This document shows positions 34,209 through 41,826 of a DNA stretch of 48,882 nt, in pieces. Positions within the stretch are counted from its first letter, which is position 1; every line of letters starts with the position of its first letter. A program made the position numbers and the translations under genes. The notes under the pieces were generated by a model. It worked only from the letters and a program-made list of their open reading frames with translations. It had not been told where the DNA came from and did no database searches. Location of the stretch: assembly GCA_964419235.1 (NCBI GenBank), contig CAYQPP010000001.1, forward strand, positions 1 through 48,882. Reading direction: 5' to 3'. The stretch comes from an uncultured Bacteroidales bacterium (GTDB lineage Bacteria; Bacteroidota; Bacteroidia; Bacteroidales; SZUA-534).

Positions 34209-36083
34209 ATGAGAAGTGTAGCAGTATTATTCTTTTTTCAGCTTTTGGCTATTACAGTTTTTTCACAAGAAGTTTTAAACAATTTATTTGTAAATCCTGA
34301 ATTGGTAAATAAAAAAGGCATTGCCCCTTTTAAAGCATCAAAAACAACTCTTGAATTGCCGTTTTTCGACGATTTTAGCATTATATCAGGATACCCCTCG
34401 GCCGATTTGTGGAACAACAATAATGTATTTATCAATGCTACATATCCTAACAACCCCCCGTCCATTGGCGTTGCAACTTTTGATGCAGTTGATGCAAATG
34501 GCTTTGTCTATGAGTCGCTGACGAATACCCCGTTGCCTGCCGACACCCTCACATCAAACATTATTGACATGAGGCAGGCCGATATAAATAGCACTTACCT
34601 AAGTTTTTATTACCAGCCGCAAGGCAATGGTGATGCACCTGAATTTAACGATTCACTAATATTGAATATTATCTCAAAAGATTCTGTTTTTAGAATTTGG
34701 TACGCCAATGGAACAAGCTACAACTCGTTTGTAAGGGATAGTTTAGGAATACAAGACAGCTATTTTGACACTCTTGAGTTTAAATTGGTACACCTAAAAC
34801 TTGATTACCCCGGCTTTTTTACCGACAGCTTTCAAATACAGTTTATTAATTATGTTAGCATAGCAGGTTTTGACAACCCGTCGGGCAGAACAAATTCCGA
34901 CCATTGGAATATTGACTATGTTTACCTTAACGATAACCGCTCGCCTGACGACACTGTTTTTCGCGATGTCGCCATGGTTGAACCGTCAACCCTGTTTATG
35001 TCAAGTTACAGCTCAATGCCTTGGAGTCATTATGAGATTGCAATCCCAAAAGAGCTCGATGACCTAAAATTTCATGTGAGGAACAACGATGGCATAACAA
35101 GATCAATGAACCAGCTTATTATCAACATTAAAGATTTGAAAGACGGTACTATTAAAGGCTATCCAATACCACAGAGAAATTTGAATAGATTTACTAATTA
35201 TACTGACCTAATATGGAATTTTAGCACATCGCCAATTGATTGGTATGAGGCAGAAAGTGCAAAGTTTGAGGTTAGTGGCAAATTAGAAACAGGCGAAGCC
35301 GATTTTGCCGATAATAATTATACATCACGAATCTTAAATTTTGAAAACTATTATGCCTATGACGATGGTACTGCCGAAAAAGCTTTTGGTGTTGATGCCG
35401 AAAATGCCAAGGTAGCATATCGGTACGATATTTATAAAGGTGATTCGTTGCGGGCTGTACAAATGTATTTTGTACGCAATAAAGAGGAAACTTCAGCTAT
35501 ACAGTCATTTACATTTTGCGTATGGGATAATTCTAACGATGCCCCCGGCAATATTATTATTAAAGAATCGGGCATAAAACCTGAATACACCGACAATATT
35601 AATAAATTTATCACCATACCGTTGGATACAACAATTTATCTTGAGGGTACTTTTTACATTGGTTGGGAGCAGACAACCGATTTACTGATGAATATTGGCT
35701 ACGATGCAAACACCATAAGATCGAGTAAAATATTTTATAATGTAAATTCAACATGGTACGAATCTGACCATAAAGGCTCGCTGATGATGCGGCCTATTTT
35801 CAGCCAAAAAAAGTTAGAGAGTTCTATTGTAGAAAATAAAAAAACATTGCAACTAAAAATATCGCCCAACCCGTCAAATGGCTTTGTTAAAATAAATAAT
35901 GCACAGGGTTTTTCACAAGGTCAGGTGCAGGTTTACAATTATCTTGGCAAAATAGTTTTTAAAGGGCGTGTAAACACAAACGAAACAATCGATTTGAGCC
36001 ATCTAAACAATGGTATGTATATTGTAACTTATTTTACCCAAACAGGCAATCCGCAATCAACACGATTGGTTATCTCAAAATAA
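34209..36083 (+). CDS. Secreted protein of unknown function with a T9SS C-terminal sorting domain
   Basis: It has a signal peptide (MRSVAVLFFFQLLAITVFSQ). The C-terminus LKISPNPSNGFVKINN...NGMYIVTYFTQTGNPQSTRLVISK matches the T9SS CTD pattern. It sits 2 nt after the PASTA gene and 6 nt before rluD. Confidence 0.8.
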   Translation: MRSVAVLFFFQLLAITVFSQEVLNNLFVNPELVNKKGIAPFKASKTTLELPFFDDFSIISGYPSADLWNNNNVFINATYPNNPPSIGVATFDAVDANGFVYESLTNTPLPADTLTSNIIDMRQADINSTYLSFYYQPQGNGDAPEFNDSLILNIISKDSVFRIWYANGTSYNSFVRDSLGIQDSYFDTLEFKLVHLKLDYPGFFTDSFQIQFINYVSIAGFDNPSGRTNSDHWNIDYVYLNDNRSPDDTVFRDVAMVEPSTLFMSSYSSMPWSHYEIAIPKELDDLKFHVRNNDGITRSMNQLIINIKDLKDGTIKGYPIPQRNLNRFTNYTDLIWNFSTSPIDWYEAESAKFEVSGKLETGEADFADNNYTSRILNFENYYAYDDGTAEKAFGVDAENAKVAYRYDIYKGDSLRAVQMYFVRNKEETSAIQSFTFCVWDNSNDAPGNIIIKESGIKPEYTDNINKFITIPLDTTIYLEGTFYIGWEQTTDLLMNIGYDANTIRSSKIFYNVNSTWYESDHKGSLMMRPIFSQKKLESSIVENKKTLQLKISPNPSNGFVKINNAQGFSQGQVQVYNYLGKIVFKGRVNTNETIDLSHLNNGMYIVTYFTQTGNPQSTRLVISK

Positions 36084-36089
36084 AAACGA

Positions 36090-37133
36090 ATGAACGAAAA
36101 TAGTAATAATGAGGGGTTAGATGAGCAGAATGAGCTGTTTGAACATTTTCGTTTTGTTGCCGAAGGCGGACAAAAGCCATTGCGGGTCGATAAATTTCTT
36201 CAGAACAAGATTGAAAATGCTTCGCGCTCAAAAATACAGGCTGCCGCCGATAGTGGTAGCATTTTTGTCAACAACAAAAAAACAAAGTCAAATTATAAAG
36301 TAAAGCCCGGCGATGTTATAACTATGGTTTTGGAGTACCCACCGCGCGAAATTGAGATAATACCCGAGGATATACCATTAAAAATTGAGTACGAAGACGA
36401 CAGCTTTGTAATTATAAATAAACAACCCGGAATGGTTGTTCACCCCAGTTACGGGCATTATTCGGGTACATTAATAAACGCCTTGGCGTACAGGTATAAA
36501 GATTTGCCGATTTTTAACGGCAGCGATGCCCGCCCCGGATTAGTTCACCGTATCGACAAAGACACCTCGGGCTTGCTTGTAATAGCAAAAAACGAGGAGG
36601 CAAAAAGCAAAATTGCCTTGCAGTTTTTTAAGCATACCACACACCGCCGCTATGTAGCATTGGTTTGGGGTAATTTTAACGACAATGAGGGAACAATCAC
36701 AGGGCATGTAGGGCGCAGCCTTAAAAACCGCAAAATAATGAATGTATTTCCCGATGGCGAGTTCGGAAAGCATGCGGTTACACACTATAAGGTTTTGCAA
36801 CGTTTTGGGTATGTAACTTTGGTTGAATGCCGACTTGAAACAGGGCGCACACACCAAATACGCGTGCATATGAAACACATTGGCCACCCATTGTTTAACG
36901 ATGCCGATTATGGCGGCGACGCAATACTAAAAGGCACAACATTTACAAAATACAGGCAGTTTATACAAAACTGTTTTAGCCTTTTGCCACGTCAGGCACT
37001 CCATGCCAAGGAGCTTGGGTTTGTGCATCCTGTTACTAACAAGTTTGTTAAGTTTGAATCGGATATGCCAGCCGATTTCCAAAGTGTGATAGAAAAGTGG
37101 GAAGGGTACGTGGCAACGCGCAATGATGGTTAA
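36090..37133 (+). CDS. rluD: RluA-family 23S rRNA pseudouridine synthase (RluD-like)
   Basis: It has an S4-like N-terminus (LRVDKFLQNKIENASRSKIQ), the catalytic motif HRIDKDTSGLLVIAKN and RTHQIRVH. Confidence 0.9.
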   Translation: MNENSNNEGLDEQNELFEHFRFVAEGGQKPLRVDKFLQNKIENASRSKIQAAADSGSIFVNNKKTKSNYKVKPGDVITMVLEYPPREIEIIPEDIPLKIEYEDDSFVIINKQPGMVVHPSYGHYSGTLINALAYRYKDLPIFNGSDARPGLVHRIDKDTSGLLVIAKNEEAKSKIALQFFKHTTHRRYVALVWGNFNDNEGTITGHVGRSLKNRKIMNVFPDGEFGKHAVTHYKVLQRFGYVTLVECRLETGRTHQIRVHMKHIGHPLFNDADYGGDAILKGTTFTKYRQFIQNCFSLLPRQALHAKELGFVHPVTNKFVKFESDMPADFQSVIEKWEGYVATRNDG

Positions 37134-37141
37134 CTATGTAG

Positions 37142-38311
37142 TTATATATGCTTGTAAGGGATTGTAAAAAAGAAGGTTGAACCTTTATCTATTTTTGATT
37201 CTACCCATATTTTTCCACCAAGTAATGAAACAAGCTCTTTAGCAATGGATAGCCCTAAACCTGTCCCGCTATATTCTCTTGTGTGATTAGTTTCAAGTTG
37301 TCTGAATCTTTTAAATATTACTGTATAGTTTTCAGGGGATATGCCTATTCCTGAGTCTTTTACAAAAAATTTGAGAAAATTATCTGTTTTCTCGTAGCCA
37401 AACTCAATATACCCTTCATTTGTGAATTTTAGCGCATTATTAATGAGGTTTGAAAGGATTTGTATAATTTTTGTCTTATCAGAGAAGATAATAATTGGTT
37501 TATTTGATGATAGGTTTTTGCATACCAAGTTAATGTTATTTATACTATTATTTAAAAAAGAGTTGTATATGTCTGTCAACATAATAGTTACGTCAATATT
37601 TTTATTCCTAATCGGCAATTGGTCAGTTTCAATTTTTGAGATATCAATTATATCATCTATTATTGATAAAAGCTGTTTGCTGTTTTGTTGAATAAGATTA
37701 ATATAACGTTGCATGTTTTCATTATTGTCACTATTGTATGACAGTAATTCTGAGAAGCCAATTATGCCATTCATTGGAGTGCGTATTTCATGAGACAGAT
37801 TGGCAAGGAATGCAGATTTTAACTTGCTGCTTTTTTCGGCTTTATCTTTAGCAATTATTAGTTCTTTTTGAGTATTCTGTAAATTTTTGTTAAGTTTTAA
37901 ATATTTTTCGTTCAGAATTGAAAGCTTTTTGATTTCTTGTTTTATTATTTCATTTTTGCATTGTTTTGATATATCAAACATAACCCCCTCATAATGAGTA
38001 ATTTTACCTTGTGTATTATGTTTTGCTGAAATTGTTCCCGTAACCCATTTAATATCATCAAATTTGTTTATTATTCGATAAGGCTTATGAATTAATGATA
38101 CTATGTTTTTGTTCAAGTTAGCGTTATTAACTTCTTCATATATAATATTTATATCTTCAGGGTAAATCAATTCTGAATAGTTGATTTTTGAATCGGTTAG
38201 TTCTGCGGGTGAATATCCAAAAATATCCTTTATGTTTTCTGATACACTCTCAATAGGCCAATTCTTGGAGTTTCTCCATAAAATAGTAACAGCATAACTT
38301 TTTTCCATCAC
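37142..38311 (-). CDS. Soluble PAS-domain sensor histidine kinase (PAS, coiled coil, HisKA, HATPase_c)
   Basis: There is no TM segment. It has a PAS-like N-terminus, the H-box [19 protein letters not shown], the N-box [10 protein letters not shown]1 DSGIGI and G2 GTGLGLSI. Confidence 0.9.
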   Translation of the reverse strand: MMEKSYAVTILWRNSKNWPIESVSENIKDIFGYSPAELTDSKINYSELIYPEDINIIYEEVNNANLNKNIVSLIHKPYRIINKFDDIKWVTGTISAKHNTQGKITHYEGVMFDISKQCKNEIIKQEIKKLSILNEKYLKLNKNLQNTQKELIIAKDKAEKSSKLKSAFLANLSHEIRTPMNGIIGFSELLSYNSDNNENMQRYINLIQQNSKQLLSIIDDIIDISKIETDQLPIRNKNIDVTIMLTDIYNSFLNNSINNINLVCKNLSSNKPIIIFSDKTKIIQILSNLINNALKFTNEGYIEFGYEKTDNFLKFFVKDSGIGISPENYTVIFKRFRQLETNHTREYSGTGLGLSIAKELVSLLGGKIWVESKIDKGSTFFFTIPYKHI

Positions 38312-38321
38312 ATTGTTTGCA

Positions 38322-38612
38322 TTAGTTGGTTTTTATCATTTCAATAATTTCATCAACTTCTAATGAGCTGTTTGGCATTACTGATTCAGGAATAGTTAGC
38401 TTTGATTTTGTTGAAACCAAGTATCTTTTACATTTATTATATTTTTCAGGTTTTAAACAATATAAATTTTTATATGTCTGGCCTGTTTGTTCAGAGAACA
38501 AAACCCCTTTCTTAAAAATTGGGCATTGATAAATTTTCGGGCATTCTTTTTCTACCATAATCTTTTTTTTGTATAGTGTTTTGCAAATTAACATAATTCC
38601 CCATAACAACAT
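38322..38612 (-). CDS. Small Cys4 protein of unknown function (96 aa, or 78 aa from the ATG at 38558)
   Basis: The ORF sits 20 nt after the MCP stop and 10 nt before the kinase start. From MVEKE the pattern is C-x5-C-x21-C-x8-C (ECPKIYQCP...[14 protein letters not shown]). Confidence 0.55.
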   Translation of the reverse strand: MLLWGIMLICKTLYKKKIMVEKECPKIYQCPIFKKGVLFSEQTGQTYKNLYCLKPEKYNKCKRYLVSTKSKLTIPESVMPNSSLEVDEIIEMIKTN

Positions 38613-38632
38613 GTTTGTAAGTATGTTGCAAG

Positions 38633-40411
38633 TTATAAATTTATTTTAAAAAACGAAATAACCTCTTTTAACGAGTTGGCTTGATTTACTATTTCTTCAG
38701 AGCTTGATGATATTTCTTCAGATGCAGCAACGTTTTGTTGAGAGATTTGGTTTAGCTCTTGTAACGAATTGTTAATTTGAATAGCGCCTGATGATTGTTC
38801 TTGCGAAGCTACCACAACCTCTCGTACTAATTCGAGTGTCTTATTCATTTCGGGCACAACGTTTTTGAGTTGCTTGCCTGCTTTTTCTGATATTTCTATT
38901 CCTTCTTTTGAGACAATGCTAATTTCATCGGCGGCAATTTTGCTTCTTTCGGCTAATTTTCTCACTTCTGCTGCAACCACGGCAAATCCTTTACCATGCT
39001 CGCCGGCACGGGCTGCCTCAACAGCAGCGTTTAGGGCAAGTATGTTTGTTTGGAAAGCAATATCATTAATTATTTGGATTTTTTCGGTAATATTTCCCAT
39101 TGAGTTTGCAGCTATTTCTGAGGATTTATGCCCTATTAAGATGCTTTGTGATGCTTCTTCTGCAATTTTTTCTGTTTGAAGCGAATTGTCAGAGCTTTGT
39201 TGGATATTTGAAGCCATCTCTTCCATAGTTGCAGATATCTCTTCGGTTGACGAGGCTTGGGATGTTGCCCCATAAGCCATTTGCTGAAGTGATGAGCTTA
39301 GTTCTTGGCTTGCTTCGGCAATAATATCTGAACTTTGAGATACGTTTGTTACAATCTTTTTTATTTCCTCGTTCATTGTTTTCATCGAAAGGTAAACGCC
39401 CGTCATTTTCCTTTTATCATCAAATTTATTGTTTAAATTACCGTTGGCTATTTGGTTGGCAATATGCTCTATCTCCATAGGGTCGCCGCCTAATTGTTTA
39501 AATACTGCTGATAAAATAAACCAGCTAAACAACATTGTGATAATCATAAACACAATCATAAGTGCAAGCATGCGCAACCTAATGTTTTTTTTCATTTCTA
39601 TTGAATAGTCAATAACGGTTTGGGTTAAAGGCATTAATGCTTGTTCGGCATTAAATATGGCACTCTTTACATTTACTTTTAATCCTGTGCTGTCAGATAA
39701 ACCTATGGTTTCATTAATGTTCACTAAATTGTTGAATTGGGTTTTATAATTATTTAATGTTGAATAGGCGATAGATTTTTTACCTCTTTTTATTGTATTG
39801 TTGGTTTTAATATAATTAAGTGCTTTGTTTAATGTTTTTTTAAATTCATTTTTGTATTTGGAATCATTATTTAGCAGGTAGTTCTTTTCATGTATACGCA
39901 TTTTCAATATTAATGAATAATAGTAATCATCAATTTTATTATTGGTTAAGCTATCTGCTGTTTTAGAGCATTTTCCTATGATGCCTCGGTTTCCATATCC
40001 TTTTATCAATACTGCTTCGGTTAATTTATTAAACGATTTGTCATATTCAGATAAATATGAGCTTATGTCTGCAATTGTAGTTGCAATATTTAGCCTGTCA
40101 ATGTCTTTGTTGGTTTTTAGCTTGTCTATTGTATTATTAACCTTTTCAATATCTGTTGCAAATTTTTTTGCATACTCGCTTTTGCCTTTTTCAAAAAAAG
40201 CGGGGTTTGTTTGTTCTTGCAATAGTAAATCTTTTTCATTTTTTCTTAAATCGAGCATTAGTATCTTTAATTCCACAAAATTTGAAAAAAGATTATCAAT
40301 TTGGTTTGTTCTGTTTATTGAATAGTACAAATTTGCCCCCATAATTATAAACATTGCAATAACTGATGTTGTAAGTCCAAATAGTTTGAATTTTAAAGTT
40401 GTTTTTTTCAT
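38633..40411 (-). CDS. Methyl-accepting chemotaxis protein (2 TM, ~260-aa helical periplasmic sensor, HAMP, MA signalling domain)
   Basis: It carries the highly conserved hairpin tip [35 protein letters not shown]. The HAMP entry is [23 protein letters not shown]. The sensor region has two R-x-x-EK-[DN]-x-LL motifs, suggesting a bimodular helical sensor. Confidence 0.9.
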   Translation of the reverse strand: MKKTTLKFKLFGLTTSVIAMFIIMGANLYYSINRTNQIDNLFSNFVELKILMLDLRKNEKDLLLQEQTNPAFFEKGKSEYAKKFATDIEKVNNTIDKLKTNKDIDRLNIATTIADISSYLSEYDKSFNKLTEAVLIKGYGNRGIIGKCSKTADSLTNNKIDDYYYSLILKMRIHEKNYLLNNDSKYKNEFKKTLNKALNYIKTNNTIKRGKKSIAYSTLNNYKTQFNNLVNINETIGLSDSTGLKVNVKSAIFNAEQALMPLTQTVIDYSIEMKKNIRLRMLALMIVFMIITMLFSWFILSAVFKQLGGDPMEIEHIANQIANGNLNNKFDDKRKMTGVYLSMKTMNEEIKKIVTNVSQSSDIIAEASQELSSSLQQMAYGATSQASSTEEISATMEEMASNIQQSSDNSLQTEKIAEEASQSILIGHKSSEIAANSMGNITEKIQIINDIAFQTNILALNAAVEAARAGEHGKGFAVVAAEVRKLAERSKIAADEISIVSKEGIEISEKAGKQLKNVVPEMNKTLELVREVVVASQEQSSGAIQINNSLQELNQISQQNVAASEEISSSSEEIVNQANSLKEVISFFKINL

Positions 40412-40540
40412 ATTTTTAAGTTTTGTGCCCGCTTTTAATTATTTTTCCCCAATATTAAATTTTAATGTGGCGGAAGTTTTGATAATAATTTTAGCCATGA
40501 GCTGTTTTATTTGTTTTTTTGCTTAATGTGTTTTATTATT

Positions 40541-40951
40541 TTAATAACTGTTTATTGTTTTAGGGAAGAACATTCCGCCACTTATTACCTTGTCAATAGC
40601 AGGTTCCAACATATCAGTCATATTGTTTTTGTATAAATACCCCGATATTCCTGCGCCAATCATTTTTTTAAGGTATTCAAATTCTTCATGCATGGTAAGC
40701 GCTATTATTTTTATTTCTTTCCCATAAATATTTTTGGCTTTTTTGGTTGCTTCTATACCATCCATTTTTGACATTCTCACATCCATAAAAACCACATCGG
40801 GTTGTTCTTCTTTTATTAATTCTAAAAACTCCTCGCCGTTTGATGCTTGTCCAATTACTTCATACTTGGTTTTTAATAAAAAAAATGATATTAAGGATTT
40901 CCTAAATAGCCGGTGGTCATCAACAATTACTAATTTAATAGTGGTTTCCAT
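40541..40951 (-). CDS. Stand-alone response-regulator receiver (CheY-like)
   Basis: 136 aa with LVIVDDH, the phospho-acceptor context VVFMDVRMSKMDG, and IIALT...K. There is no output domain. Confidence 0.85.
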   Translation of the reverse strand: METTIKLVIVDDHRLFRKSLISFFLLKTKYEVIGQASNGEEFLELIKEEQPDVVFMDVRMSKMDGIEATKKAKNIYGKEIKIIALTMHEEFEYLKKMIGAGISGYLYKNNMTDMLEPAIDKVISGGMFFPKTINSY

Positions 40952-41006
40952 TGCAAAAATTTTAATTAATAAATTTCTGTTGCAAAACTATTGATATGGC
41001 TGTCCT

Positions 41007-41035
41007 GAAAAAAGAGGTTAATGCCTCATTTTTTT
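41007..41035 (-). terminator. Weak A/T-flanked hairpin between the LuxR-type regulator gene and the receiver gene
   Basis: The plus strand reads gAAAAAAGAGG-ttaatg-CCTCaTTTTTTT. It has a short GC core extended by A:T pairs and is symmetric, so it could act in either direction. Confidence 0.35.
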
Positions 41036-41055
41036 AATGGGGTGTTTTTGTATTG

Positions 41056-41096
41056 AGTATAGGAAGTTTTTTATCAGTATAGGAGTTTATTCCTAT
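41056..41096. promoter_or_regulatory. Candidate operator: AGTATAGGA direct repeat (20-bp period) plus an ATAGGA-N6-TCCTAT inverted repeat
   Basis: AGTATAGGA occurs at 41056-41064 and 41076-41084. ATAGGA (41079-41084) pairs with TCCTAT (41091-41096). The site lies 105-145 nt upstream of the receiver gene start and just downstream of the NarL/LuxR regulator gene. Confidence 0.4.
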
Positions 41097-41152
41097 TTAT
41101 TTTATAAAGTTGTATGAGGTTGAGTCGTTTTGCTTGGTTGTGGTAAATGCAG

Positions 41153-41794
41153 TTATTGTTCAAGTAAAGAGTTTTTAAATGCATACCTGATAAGGCTTGC
41201 GGTATTTTTCGATCCTGTTTTTAATAATAAGTTCGTTCTATGATTAATTACTGTTTTTATGCTAATAAAAAGCTTTTCGGCTATTTCATTGTTTGTTAAT
41301 CCTAAAGAGATGTTATTTAATATTTCCAATTCTCTTTTTGTTAATTTAGCATCGTTTTTGTTTGTTTTGCTTGGTAAGTATTGTTTTGTAAAAAAAGGCA
41401 AGAATTCTTCTGAAAAAAATTGCTTGCCATCTTTAATAATATTTAAAGCTCTTTCAAGCCCATCTTTGTCGGTGTTTTTTAATATATATCCATCAGCGCC
41501 AAGTTCAATTACTTGTTTAAGGTATTCTTCATCTCCATGTAATGATAAAACAACAATTTTAATATTGTTATAGTGGGCTTTTATAATCTTTATTGCTTCA
41601 AAACCATCCATAACAGGCATGGTTATGTCGGTAAGAACTATATCGGTCGGAGTTGTTTTCAGCAATTCAATTAATTCTTTACCGTTAGAGGCTTCGCCGA
41701 CAACCTTAACAAAATCAATATCATTTAGTACCATAACAAGGCCTTTTCTGAAAAAATCATGATCTTCCGCAACAATAATATTAGTCTTAGCCAT
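41153..41794 (-). CDS. NarL/LuxR-family response regulator
   Basis: It has a receiver domain (IIVAEDHD...IVLTDITMPVMDG). The C-terminal LuxR HTH is LTKRELEILNNISLGLTNNEIAEKLFISIKTVINHRTNLLLK. Confidence 0.9.
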   Translation of the reverse strand: MAKTNIIVAEDHDFFRKGLVMVLNDIDFVKVVGEASNGKELIELLKTTPTDIVLTDITMPVMDGFEAIKIIKAHYNNIKIVVLSLHGDEEYLKQVIELGADGYILKNTDKDGLERALNIIKDGKQFFSEEFLPFFTKQYLPSKTNKNDAKLTKRELEILNNISLGLTNNEIAEKLFISIKTVINHRTNLLLKTGSKNTASLIRYAFKNSLLEQ

Positions 41795-41826
41795 AATAAC
41801 AAACTGTTTTTAATTATTTGGTATTT

